IMG/VR virus record: IMGVR_UViG_3300023256_000014
Coordinates: 1-38,301 of that record
DNA length: 38,301 nt
Reading direction: 5' to 3' (one strand)
From: a virus
Taxonomy: Duplodnaviria > Caudoviricetes
The notes under the pieces were generated by a model. The model was not told the DNA's origin and did no database searches. It worked only from the letters and a program-made list of their open reading frames with translations. Both the position numbers and the translations under genes were made by a program. Positions 9,838-19,626 of this stretch are shown here, in pieces; the stretch's first letter is position 1; each line of letters starts with the position of its first letter.

Positions 9838-9973
9838 TGTTTTTCTCCTGTTTTTCTTCAAAAAATTTCATAAGATTATTTAGAATCTTAACTGTGGTTA
9901 TTATTATAAATTGTTATACTACAATAGGGTTTAGTATATTTTGTCAATAACTCGATAAGGAATTATTCTTATA

Positions 9974-9982
9974 TATAAATAT
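9974..9982 (-). promoter_or_regulatory. Candidate late promoter ATATTTATA for scaffold-capsid operon
   Basis: Just downstream of the rpsU terminator, about 135 nt before the scaffold ATG. Confidence 0.5.
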
Positions 9983-10004
9983 CTTTTTATTATTTTTTTT
10001 TCAA

Positions 10005-10051
10005 AAAAAACCCCCAAAACAGCATATTTCTTTCTGTTTTGGGGGTTTTTT
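10005..10051 (-). terminator. Intrinsic terminator after bS21 gene
   Basis: AAAAAACCCCCAAAACAG-11 nt-CTGTTTTGGGGGTTTTTT inverted repeat. Confidence 0.85.
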
Positions 10052-10060
10052 AACTTTTTC

Positions 10061-10279
10061 TTACCTTTTATTGTTCATTAGCTTAAATTTTTGTCTTCTT
10101 TTTCCGATATTCAATGCTTCTTGCCTAATTTTCGATGGTTTTTTGAATTCTCTTCGTTCTTTCAGTTCGACAAATAAATTCTGCATTTTTAACTGTCTTT
10201 TAAAAGTTTTTAATGCTTCCGAAAAATTACCGTTCTTAACTTCTACCTTACTTCCGTCCTGCATATAACTTGGTCGCAT
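10061..10279 (-). CDS. rpsU: Phage-encoded ribosomal protein bS21
   Basis: VEVKNGNFSEALKTFKR..ELKERREFKKPSKIR matches the bS21 pattern; TAGGAGG RBS. Confidence 0.85.
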   Translation of the reverse strand: MRPSYMQDGSKVEVKNGNFSEALKTFKRQLKMQNLFVELKERREFKKPSKIRQEALNIGKRRQKFKLMNNKR

Positions 10280-10287
10280 AGTGCCTC

Positions 10288-10950
10288 CTATTTATTTTTG
10301 ATAAAGTCTTCATATTCGCCAGCCAATGCTCGAATGGTTTCTCTTATGAATACTTCTGTTCTTGCTCTAATTGCGTCAGCTTTATAGTTAATTTTACAAT
10401 GTAAAATATTTAAAATATCTCTTTCATATCAATCGGTTCCTTGCCCATGAACCGAAGTATAAAATTTATCAATAAATTCTTGCCCTAAAATTTCATAACC
10501 AATTTTTGCAATTGTATTTTTTTCAGAGTTTATTTTTGTTTTTATTTGTAAGTCTGTGATTGTATCAATGTCTAATTCTAATAAGTCTAAATTAAATTGA
10601 ATGATTGATTTTGTTTTTATATCAATGAATTCTCTTAATTTTACGTCATTGATATACTCAAGTGCGCCGCTTACAACGGTGGTTAGTAATTCAATAGTTT
10701 CTTTTCTTGTTTTTACCATTGCTGTTAATTCAGTGTTTTCTTTAAGTGCATCTTTAATAACAATTAGTTCGCCTTCAATATGACCAACTTTTTTTTCTAT
10801 TACTTGCAAATTATCCCTAACATCAAGCTTAATGTCTTTTAATTTATTACTAATAATTGGGTTGCTTCAAATTGCGGCAACGATAATTGCTAACGCACCA
10901 ATCGCCTTTCAAAACTCTGATGAACTTAAAAAACTTAAAACGGCATCCAT
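10288..10950 (-). CDS. N-terminally membrane-anchored protein (220 aa)
   Basis: MDAVLSFLSSSEF(W)KAIGALAIIVAAI(W)SN hydrophobic helix then coiled coil; three TGAs; ends TAG. Confidence 0.65.
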
Positions 10951-10951
10951 A

Positions 10952-11272
10952 TTATTTCTCCATCTTGCCAGTCAAAACAAGCTCCAATTCTACTTTGTCA
11001 GATTTTAGAGGAAGAGTGACCTCTAAAGAATCCAATTCACGGTTAGCAAATTTTACTTTGTTAAAAAAGTTTTTCAAATATGCTTTCTCTTTTTTCCAAT
11101 CTCTTGCACCTTTATTAGGCATTAACCATAATGTTTTTCTATTAGTCATAAGTTCAGCAATATATCCTTTTAAGTGGATTTGACTAGATTCTATAAGCTT
11201 TTTATTTGCAAAAGTTTTAGAGCTTAATCATACGCCACCGCCAATTGTTATTTCATTTAACAAATCTTTCAT
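10952..11272 (-). CDS. Hypothetical protein with MKDLLNE leader
   Basis: TAATG overlap with upstream gene; one TGA; in frame with track ORF 10952..11149. Confidence 0.65.
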
Positions 11273-11595
11273 TATACACTCACCTTCTTAAATACTTTTT
11301 CTAATTTTTTCTCATTAATGGGAGTATCATCAAGATTTACTATTACAACCAAATCATCTCCCTTTATCCATTTATTGTCACCATTTACAACCATTAAATT
11401 GCCAAAGTTTTTTTGAAATGCTTTAATAAGTGGCCAAATTGGTTGCGGTGTGCTTGCGGGCGAAACATTATCCAAATATATTGTTTTCTTATCTGGCGAC
11501 AACCATATACGTAAATTGTTAGTTTGCGTATATTTAATCTCAAATAATCTTTGTAGTTCTTCTTTAATGTAAGTTCTTAATTCTGATTTTTTCAT
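11272..11595 (-). CDS. MKKSE-leader protein
   Basis: MKKSELRTYIKEELQRLFE. Confidence 0.75.
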   Translation of the reverse strand: MKKSELRTYIKEELQRLFEIKYTQTNNLRIWLSPDKKTIYLDNVSPASTPQPIWPLIKAFQKNFGNLMVVNGDNKWIKGDDLVVIVNLDDTPINEKKLEKVFKKVSV

Positions 11596-11600
11596 AATTA

Positions 11601-12032
11601 TTATCCTTTTAATTTATTGTAAAACTTTAAGTCTTTAACTAATTGTTCTAACTTTTGAAGTTCTGGTTTCGTTTTAACATCAAGAGAAAATTCTGAGGTA
11701 AATAAAATTCTACCCTTTTCTCCCTTCATATGAATATACGGATGGATACTTGACTTGCTAATATTGATAAATTTCTTGGCTTCGTCTATAAAATTTTCTA
11801 CTGCTTTATTTTGATGGCGTTCAACACTTTTTATATCTTTTGTTACTAACGGTGGTGCTGATACATGGTCGGTCAATACTATTTTCAAGTTTTTGCCCGC
11901 AAACGTAGATACCACAAGAGAACCGGCAGGGATTCATCTCACAATATTATGCAATTCGTTATCACTTAAATTTGCTTCATTTAATTTTTGTATTTCTTCT
12001 TTAATCATTGTTCTAATTTCGGACTTCTTCAT
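11601..12032 (-). CDS. MKKSE-leader protein
   Basis: MKKSEIRTMIKEEIQKLNEA joined by one TGA to track ORF 11601..11915; AGGAG RBS. Confidence 0.75.
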
Positions 12033-12044
12033 TATGTTATTCTC

Positions 12045-12299
12045 CTATTTTATTTTCAACTTTCTTAACACGTTAAATACTTTGCCAGTGAGTAATTTGC
12101 CATCATTAATATTATTGATAATATGAGCAAATTCAAAAGCTAAATCAACACTATATGATTTAAGAATTTTATTCGTAGCATTTGAACCAATAGTTCTTTC
12201 AATTCCTCTAAAAACTTTATCTACGATTTCTTCGCCCTCAGCCGGTCTTTCTTTCAAAAGCTCTTCTTTGACCATATTTCTAATTTCGGACTTCTTCAT
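12045..12299 (-). CDS. MKKSE-leader protein
   Basis: MKKSEIRNMVKEELLKE; GGAG RBS. Confidence 0.75.
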   Translation of the reverse strand: MKKSEIRNMVKEELLKERPAEGEEIVDKVFRGIERTIGSNATNKILKSYSVDLAFEFAHIINNINDGKLLTGKVFNVLRKLKIK

Positions 12300-12303
12300 T
12301 ATG

Positions 12304-12618
12304 TTATTCTCCAGTTATGATTTTATTTAACTTATCTATTTTCTTTTGTAGCTGTTCATCAAGATAATTAAAAACCTTTTCGTTTATATCTTTCGGCATA
12401 GCAGTTGGCCTTACAGGTGAAGCGAAAATTACTGGGTTTTGTTGAGTATAAAAACTAACATCACCTTTATTTATTTCACTAATAAGCTTGTCTAACGCCT
12501 CTGTTTCTTGAATTGCTAACTTTACCTCTGCGACTGTTCTTACATGCTTAGGCGCTGGGTTTGCTACTTTGGTCTTCGTTTCTTTCTTAATTTCTGCTTT
12601 TATATCTTTATTTTCCAT
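12304..12618 (-). CDS. Hypothetical protein
   Basis: AGGAG RBS; tight packing with neighbours. Confidence 0.7.
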   Translation of the reverse strand: MENKDIKAEIKKETKTKVANPAPKHVRTVAEVKLAIQETEALDKLISEINKGDVSFYTQQNPVIFASPVRPTAMPKDINEKVFNYLDEQLQKKIDKLNKIITGE

Positions 12619-12931
12619 TTATAACTCCTGTGTATATTAATATTTTTGGGCCTTTTACTAAGTCTGTAAAGCTAAACATATCGCCATCTTCTACTTCGTT
12701 AACGCTTATATTACTAAGTATATCATCAACTGTTTTCTTATCTTTCGGCTTTAATTTTTTGTATATTTTATCTCACTCTTTTGTGCCATGCTTAATATCG
12801 TCTTCCCAAACGTCGTCAAGATTGCAGAAATATCCATTCTTACGATTAATTGCTGGATAGCCTACTACCGAATAGAGACGTATATTATCGGGCTTGTAAG
12901 CTTCTTTCAATTCAACGGCACTTGTACTCAT
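12608..12931 (-). CDS. Hypothetical protein (MSTSAVELKE...)
   Basis: TAATG overlap; one TGA; ends TAA; fills a gap in the track. Confidence 0.6.
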
Positions 12932-13185
12932 TATTTTTCTTTTCTCTTAATTTCTTTAAAAAATTTACCAATCCAAGGTTTGAAATATTCTCATGTTCAT
13001 TCTGAACTGTGGCGCCTATTCGCAACGTATCCTGGCCACTCATAATCTCAGTTAAAGATTGTGCCTGCTTTGAGAGCCATGCCTGGATATGGTTTTATTA
13101 GTTTTAAGTTTGGGTGCAAATGTTTGTCTTTTGGGTCTGCTTCAAACATTATCTTTTTCATTTCATTTAATTCTGATTTTATCAT
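12931..13185 (-). CDS. Leader-variant protein MIKSELNEMKKIMFE
   Basis: AGGAG RBS; three TGAs; ends TAA; leader resembles 26633..26887. Confidence 0.65.
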
Positions 13186-13195
13186 TTACGTTCTC

Positions 13196-13840
13196 CTACA
13201 AATATCTTTCTATAAGCATTCCTATTTCTTCATAGAGTGCTTGCATTCTTTCAAATACATTTTTAAGTTCGGATGCGTTTTTATTAAACTCATGACCTTT
13301 CTTGGTAATTTCACTTGCATTCCTCTTAAGCGTATGCTTATCAAACCAATCCCCATCACTTTCTGCAATAATTGTTTCACCTATTTTTTCTGTAAGCGAA
13401 GAAACTTCGGCACCAATATTTGTTAAATCTTTAGTATCAAAAATAATCTTTGATAGAAGAGCAAATCTTTCTTTCACTGGAAGTTCGTCCCATTGTTCTT
13501 TTTTTACTTTTTTAACTTTCTTCTTTTTTACTGAGCAATCATCATTCATGATTTCTTCAGCAAGTTTTTTGATTTCTTCTTTTTTTATATTCATTTTATT
13601 TTCCTTCCTTATAAATTTCTTAAAGAAATAGTTTTTAATTGGCTCGTCAATATACAATTGATAATTGTCTCTATCATATTTCCACTCTAACTCTTTACGT
13701 TTTTTCTTAAAAGCATAATAAGTTTGGTCACCTTTATCAAATTTTATGATAATTTTAGGATGATCCTCTTTGTATAGCTTGACGAATTTTTCATAGTCTG
13801 CTGGCAACAATTGATATTTGTACTTAAAAATTCCTGACAT
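13196..13840 (-). CDS. Hypothetical head-region protein
   Basis: AGGAG RBS; internal leader-like MNIKKEEIKKLAEEIM; helical C-terminus DWFD..RN..MQALYEEIG. Confidence 0.75.
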   Translation of the reverse strand: MSGIFKYKYQLLPADYEKFVKLYKEDHPKIIIKFDKGDQTYYAFKKKRKELEWKYDRDNYQLYIDEPIKNYFFKKFIRKENKMNIKKEEIKKLAEEIMNDDCSVKKKKVKKVKKEQWDELPVKERFALLSKIIFDTKDLTNIGAEVSSLTEKIGETIIAESDGDWFDKHTLKRNASEITKKGHEFNKNASELKNVFERMQALYEEIGMLIERYL

Positions 13841-13852
13841 TATTATTTCTCC

Positions 13853-14977
13853 TTAAAATTCTTGTGGGTCTACGTCATAACTCTTGCATTTTGGGCAACG
13901 TACTTCCATACTTTTGGGTATTGTTTTGCGACTAAATTTATGATCGCATTCCATACATTCAAAATTATATGGAGTTTTTGCTTCATTCGTTATAGACTCG
14001 CCAAATCTAGCTTTTACTTTTGGGTCCATCTTATCTACTTTATATCATAAGAGTGGATCAGTAACACTTGTTTGTTTTGCCTTTCCCTTTAATTTTCTGC
14101 CAGCATCTACAGTAAATTTTAACCCTTTATAGTTTCCATTCTTATATAATTTTTTGGGTAGAAAATATACTATATCTCTATTTTTAAATGTTTGTCTATA
14201 GAATTTTCCAATTTCTAATTTCTTTCCTATCTCTTCTTTCCATTCTTTAATTTTTATCTTATGTTTTTTAAGAATAGCACGGGCTTCGTCTTTTGTCATA
14301 CCACCCATTGCATTAGCACCGGCATCAGACATTTTTAATGTTTTCTTCGCAATTGCTATTTGATTTTTATCAAAAACATTTGACTCATCAATACCTTCCA
14401 ATGAATAACTTGTTTTAACTTTCTTTAATTTTGGTATGTCTTTCTTGTCAATAGTTTTTATTAACTTACTATAATTTTTTATAATTGACGCATATGCCTT
14501 TTTGTTATTGGCGGTAAATGCAACAAAATCATAAAGTTTATTTTCGTAAGCAACTCTTTGAACTGCAAGAAAATCAAACATATTATATTGACCGAGGCGC
14601 CTTAATGCTTCATATTGCCCAATAATTTTACTTGCTTGTTTAAAATCAAGTTTCATAATGTCTGTTTGGCTTTCATTAAGTTCAATGTTTTCATTCAATT
14701 TTTCAACAGACATTGTTTGGTCACGCATCTTTGTCGTCGGAACTCTATACTCTTTGCCTTTTTTATCCTTACAAACTATTCATTCAGCAAATGCGTTGTG
14801 ACTAACAAACGTTAATGGTATATTTATTCAGTCCGCTTTAATGTCAGGAGATTTAACCGTGAACTTGTCTCCCTTTTTGAGTGTCTTTATGGCTCTCTTT
14901 ATACTCGGATCAATGTTTTCATTACGGGCAGACTTAACCATTTCTCTAATCATTAGTCTAACTTCTGATTTCTTCAT
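13853..14977 (-). CDS. MKKSE-leader multi-module protein with C-terminal Zn ribbon (374 aa)
   Basis: Three TGAs; modules separated by LNE/IDE/IKE/TNE; DUF5049-like GQYNMFD..VQRVA segment (from memory of the family); C-terminal YNFECMEC..CPKCKS. Confidence 0.75.
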
Positions 14978-15055
14978 ATTTAATTTACTCCTATTTTAAT
15001 ATATTAACTGAACTATTTCCAAAAATTCCACTTTTATAAATTTCTATTTTCATTT

Positions 15056-15277
15056 TTAATCTTCATTATATATGCCAATTTTAATTAATGCACTTTGGCC
15101 ATTTTTAAAATCAACCAATCATTGAGTTTTGTCAAACTGACTTATATAATTAACTTTGCTTGCCGACTTCAATGCCGAAACAACATTATTTATTGCCTCT
15201 TTTCTATTCTTCTCCCAATTTGATTTTCCTTCCAACAATTCTTCTTGAATCATTTTTCTTATTTCTGATTTTTTCAT
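15056..15277 (-). CDS. MKKSE-leader protein
   Basis: MKKSEIRKMIQEELLEG; one TGA; ends TAA. Confidence 0.7.
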
Positions 15278-15289
15278 TATTGACCCTCT

Positions 15290-15529
15290 TTATATTATTC
15301 CATTTTCTTCAAATTCTTTAGTTAAATTAAATTTTTTCCCTAATTTTTCAAAATGTGTCCCCGCATTCATCAATTCGGCCCAACTCATTGATCTGTTTGA
15401 AAAGTCGCTTTGCCAATCTTTTGCTTGTTGTCTTGCTTCGTCCTTTGTTTTTACGTTCTTCAATTTAACTGCCTCGTTTAATCGTTTAATCTCTTCTCTA
15501 ATCATTTTTCTTATTTCTGATTTTTTCAT
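15290..15529 (-). CDS. MKKSE-leader protein
   Basis: MKKSEIRKMIREEIKRLNEA; AGGAG RBS; payload ends EFEENGII. Confidence 0.75.
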   Translation of the reverse strand: MKKSEIRKMIREEIKRLNEAVKLKNVKTKDEARQQAKDWQSDFSNRSMSWAELMNAGTHFEKLGKKFNLTKEFEENGII

Positions 15530-15548
15530 TTCGTATTTCTCCTAAGTA

Positions 15549-16172
15549 TTATTTTAATTCAGGCAATAATTCTGTAATTATATTGCTAACTTTATTCCAT
15601 TTAGTATCTTCTTTTACAAGGTTTGAATCTACACCTTCTTTAAGTGGTTTCATAAATGCACCTTTTGTTGAAGGGTTGGAGACAAAATCTCAACAAATTA
15701 ATTCAAAGTCTTCTTGTACATAGTCTGCACTCATATTGTCTTCATTTTGATTGTTTTTAATTGAACCCAATCCTCTTGACGAAATGCCCAATCTAATACC
15801 TGACTTAAATAATTCTTTTAAGATGTTGCCCGAAGGAGTTCCCAATACTTCAATAACTCCCATTAAATTTTTATTTTCTCAATATAAATCTAATATATTG
15901 TGGGAAACATTGTTTAAGTTTATCACACTTGAATCAGGATGATCTAATTCTCCCATCGCCCTGCTTTCTTTAATATATGAATCTGTATAATTTTTCGCTT
16001 CCTTTGTCAATATATCATAAGGATATATTCTACCATTTTGATTTAATGCATCTGCTCTTTGTACAATGCCCTTAACGATAAATCTATTGTCTGTTCTTCC
16101 CATTGCCTCTGTTATTACTTCATGTGGAACTTCGAACATCATCGTATCTATTAATAACTTTTTGTTATTCAT
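15549..16172 (-). CDS. gp21: Prohead protease (T4 gp21 family), 207 aa
   Basis: NQNGRIYP, GELDHP, VSH, LY(W), TPSGNIL, GISSRGLGS, IC(W)DFVSNPST; TGAs at 15879 and 15690. Confidence 0.92.
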
Positions 16173-16202
16173 TATATTTCTCCTAATTTATATTGCTTAT
16201 TT

Positions 16203-16967
16203 CTATTCTTTATGATCTTTTTCTTTAGTTCAATTTTTTTCAATATAATTAAAAAACTCTTTTTTCTTTTCATCGCTTAATTCGGCAGGCGACTTAACTT
16301 TAAACTTGTCAAGAACGGTTTTAAAGAATTCTTGATACTCGTTTTCTTCTTTAATTATTTCTTTAATCATTGCTCTAACTTTATTTTTTGTCGATTCTTT
16401 AAGTTCTTTCATTTGTGAGAATAAATCTTTATAATCTTTAAATATTATTCCATTTTTCGTACTTTTCCCAGAATAAACATTTGCTGTATCAGCTTTTCCG
16501 CCTGCATTTGAAATTTTAATTCTGGTAATGTTATTGTTCAATACATCAAAATCTCAAATATAGGAATCGTTCACTTTTCTTTTTGAATCTAATTTAATTT
16601 TGAACCCATACTTTTTGGCAACCTTCGCCATTTCGGGAGCATCAATTTCACTTAACGTTTCATTTAATTTTTGAATTTCTTCGCCGATTATAACTTTAAT
16701 TGATTCTTGTAATGCTTCTTCTTGTTTTTGTTCTTTAAGTCTTTTCTTAAAAACTCTTACATATTCTTTTGCCATTTTCTTTTCTCTCTTATATTCGTAT
16801 CCTTCAACCTTTCTTTGTAAAGAGGTTGGCAATACAAGTTCAGAACCTTCCATCATATTTTTGGCGAAATGCGCAACTCTTCTGGCATCAACATTATATG
16901 TCTTACGCCATTTATTTTCATCAAGTGATTTCATCCACTCACGTACTTCTTTTACTCTTATTCTCAT
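16203..16967 (-). CDS. Putative prohead core protein, multi-module (254 aa)
   Basis: Two track ORFs fuse through TGA 16554; internal leader-like IIGEEIQKLNE and VRAMIKEIIKEE; C-terminal YQEFF..KFKVKSPAELSDEKKKEFFNYIEKN(W); sits just upstream of the protease like T4 gp67/68. Confidence 0.65.
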
Positions 16968-16995
16968 AATATTTTCTCCTATTTTTATATTATAT

Positions 16996-17205
16996 TTATT
17001 TTATCTTTTTGAAATATACCCAAAAACTTTTTTTAAACGCATCGAATAATTTATCAGCATTTGCATCTTTTCCAGAAAACTTTCTTTTTGTTCACTCTTG
17101 CTGAATCAAGTCATGAAATTCACTTTGTATTTTTGAATCAAGTCCGCCTTCTTTAAGTAACTCTTCTTTGATCATTTTTCTAACTTCTGATTTTTTCATT
17201 TTCAT
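16996..17205 (-). CDS. MKKSE-leader protein
   Basis: MKMKKSEVRKMIKEELLKEG; AGGAG RBS; one TGA. Confidence 0.7.
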
Positions 17206-17221
17206 TTTGTGTCTCCTATTT

Positions 17222-17329
17222 TTATATTGCTGTAAAATCAATAACGCCACCAAAAGCGATTGATAAGTAAAGCCCCAATACTACAATTGCTAACAATACC
17301 CACTTAAATTTTATTAATAACTTTTTCAT
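17222..17329 (-). CDS. 35-aa single-TM peptide
   Basis: MKKLLIKFKWVLLAIVVLGLYLSIAFGGVIDFTAI; AGGAG RBS. Confidence 0.6.
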   Translation of the reverse strand: MKKLLIKFKWVLLAIVVLGLYLSIAFGGVIDFTAI

Positions 17330-17343
17330 TTTATATCTCCTAT

Positions 17344-17544
17344 TTATATTGTGTTTAATACAGAGTTAAGTTGCTTTAGTGCATCTTCGGCTTTTTTTGC
17401 TTTCACTTTATCTGTTATCTTATACTTTTTAAGTTTGGATTCCAAATCCTTAACCATCTTAACTAATTCTTTATAATCAGCTTCTCTAAGTGCTTGGACT
17501 TCTTCTTTAATCATATCTCTAACTTCTGATTTTTTCATTTTCAT
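17344..17544 (-). CDS. MKKSE-leader protein
   Basis: MKMKKSEVRDMIKEEVQALREA; AGGAG RBS. Confidence 0.7.
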   Translation of the reverse strand: MKMKKSEVRDMIKEEVQALREADYKELVKMVKDLESKLKKYKITDKVKAKKAEDALKQLNSVLNTI

Positions 17545-17576
17545 CTTATGTTTCTCCTAAATAAATTTATACTTAA

Positions 17577-18065
17577 TTAATAAATATTGCTTTTTCTGAA
17601 TATATATAGCGCTTCTTGTGCATCGTCTTTTGTTTTGAACATGAATACGCTTCCATATAATTCATAATCCAATTTATCTTCTGATTTATCAAGTGCACTT
17701 TTTGCATTTTTAGCTTTTGATGGTCTTACTAATACACTAAAATTACGTTGCGCTTCTTGGATTTTTTTTTCTCTTAATTTTTTAACTTCTTCTCTTATCA
17801 TTGTTCGTATTTCTGATTTTTTCATTTGTTTGCCTTCCTTAATGGTTTCTCATTTGCCATTGTTTCATAATTTGGGACCAATTTTTAATTTCATTTTTTT
17901 TGCCATTTTTTTTACATCATTCATCGTTCTATCTGATGACATTACTGGCATACCTTTGTGAATTAAAGTAAAGCCATTTGATGTTTTTGATACATAAGTG
18001 TCTGGCTCTTCTCTTAATTTCTTAACTTCTTCTCTTATCATTGTTCTAACTTCTGATTTTTTCAT
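17577..18065 (-). CDS. In-frame fusion of two MKKSE cassettes
   Basis: GPKL(W)NNGK(W)ETIKEGKQ-MKKSEIRT: two TGAs link 18065 to 17825 in frame; internal start at 17825 also possible (AAGGAAGG). Confidence 0.65.
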
Positions 18066-18078
18066 TTTTATATTTTCC

Positions 18079-18759
18079 CTATTGTATTCTTTTTAAACTG
18101 CCATTTTGGTTTACGAGTAATGCAAAAAATTGAATTGGTGGAATTTTTTCGTCCCCAACAATCTTATATCTTTTTTTTACTTTATTGACTATTGCTTTTG
18201 GTACATTGTTACTATAATCGATAAACATATTTATGTTTCCCATATCATCATCAAGCATTCTAACACGTCTATATAGCCCAGTTGTTAAATACTGAGTTAT
18301 GATTTTCTTCTTTGCGCTCGCAACCGTTCCAGTTGCAAGGTTGCCCGCCAATTGCACGTCTATTTTGTCAATCGGTATCCCATATTGTCTAAACGTACTA
18401 ATAAAAATATCTGGATTATCAAACTCAGCACGTGCTGTTAAAAATACAATTTTAGAATCACCATTACCAATTCTTTTAAACATTTGCTTAACTCTTTTAA
18501 TAACTGGCATTATAGGAATTGCAGTATTCTTAAATAATTTCGCATCTCTAAACTCACTATAGCCATAACGATATCCTTTTTTTAACTTAAAGGTATTATA
18601 CTCTTGATTATTAAGTTTCTTAACTATTTTCCCAGTATCATCATCCACCACATCTATTTTTGCTTTGGTATGAAATGTTGTTTCGTCAATATCTACGAAA
18701 GTAATTCCAGCACCATAGTCACTTTGCAATTCTGTTAAAAGTTTAATAAAACTAAACAT
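18079..18759 (-). CDS. HAD-superfamily phosphatase-like protein
   Basis: FVDIDET (motif I), FLTAR (motif II), K, LDDD..N (motif IV); N-terminal MFSFIKLLTE. Confidence 0.75.
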   Translation of the reverse strand: MFSFIKLLTELQSDYGAGITFVDIDETTFHTKAKIDVVDDDTGKIVKKLNNQEYNTFKLKKGYRYGYSEFRDAKLFKNTAIPIMPVIKRVKQMFKRIGNGDSKIVFLTARAEFDNPDIFISTFRQYGIPIDKIDVQLAGNLATGTVASAKKKIITQYLTTGLYRRVRMLDDDMGNINMFIDYSNNVPKAIVNKVKKRYKIVGDEKIPPIQFFALLVNQNGSLKRIQ

Positions 18760-18760
18760 A

Positions 18761-19060
18761 TTATTTTTTATTTTTCTTAAAAGTTACATCGTATATGTTT
18801 GAGCCTGACCTTGTTTCTTCTTTTAATTTTTTTAATTGTTCAAAGACTGCCTTTGCTCATTTTTTATATGCTTCAATTGCTTTTTTGTGAGCCTGTTTGT
18901 AATCCATTTCATCATCTTCGCTATAATAGAATTCCATATTTGCTGTAATGTCATTAATAGCACTTCTTACTTTATCTCTAATGCCATATTTCAAACCGTA
19001 GTCCATACCTTCTTTAATCATCTCTTCTTTTATCATTGTTCGTATTTCTGATTTTTTCAT
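18761..19060 (-). CDS. MKKSE-leader protein
   Basis: MKKSEIRTMIKEEMIKEG; AGGAG RBS; TGA 18857 read-through ends 1 nt before the next ATG. Confidence 0.7.
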
Positions 19061-19074
19061 CTGTATGTCTCCTA

Positions 19075-19341
19075 TTACATTCAAGCTTTTCTTTTTTTAA
19101 ATAAATCAAACATAATTAAAGCCATTTCTGTCCTAATTAATTCTTTAATTTTCCTATAATCTTCTGGTTCAAATTCTTCATTAAGACTAGCACCTTTTGC
19201 GGCTTCTCACCCAAAAATCTTACATCATTTGCGAATATCTTTTAAGCGCTTTGAATTTGGACCTTTGGTTGAAAATGCATATGGAGTTTCATATCCAGCA
19301 ATATCTCCTGTTGTACTAACTTCTCTTAAAAAACTTTTCAT
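19075..19341 (-). CDS. Hypothetical head-region protein MKSFLRE...
   Basis: MKSFLREVSTTGDIAGYETPYAF...FDLFKKRKA(W)M*; three TGAs; T4 internal-protein-like short leader. Confidence 0.7.
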
Positions 19342-19379
19342 TATATCACCTTTATTTCATTTATTTCTGATTTCTTCAT
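19341..19379 (-). other. Leader-only mini-ORF MKKSEINEIKVI
   Basis: Starts 2 nt after the upstream stop and overlaps the next ATG (TAATG). Confidence 0.45.
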
Positions 19380-19381
19380 AA

Positions 19382-19624
19382 TTATGGTCTCAAAAGGGAT
19401 TTTGCTCTTTGTAATGCTTTAATTGCGGCTTTCATTTTAGATATCAATTCTTTGTAATTTTTATTGCTTTTATCTATGCCAGCATGAGAATCAATTGTTC
19501 CAATTTTCTTGATAATGTCCGAAATATATTGGCCGCCTTTATTGGCTTTCATTTGTGGAGATTTCTCTTGCATTACTTTTGCTAACTCTTCCTGTATCAT
19601 TTGCTTAATTTCTGATTTCTTCAT
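19382..19624 (-). CDS. MKKSE-leader protein
   Basis: MKKSEIKQMIQEELAKVMQE. Confidence 0.7.
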   Translation of the reverse strand: MKKSEIKQMIQEELAKVMQEKSPQMKANKGGQYISDIIKKIGTIDSHAGIDKSNKNYKELISKMKAAIKALQRAKSLLRP

Positions 19625-19626
19625 AA

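Noticed and set aside
14991-15053. 20-aa ORF MKIEIYKSGIFGNSSVNILK
   Set aside because: No clear RBS; may be a frameshifted tail of 15056..15277; too little support.
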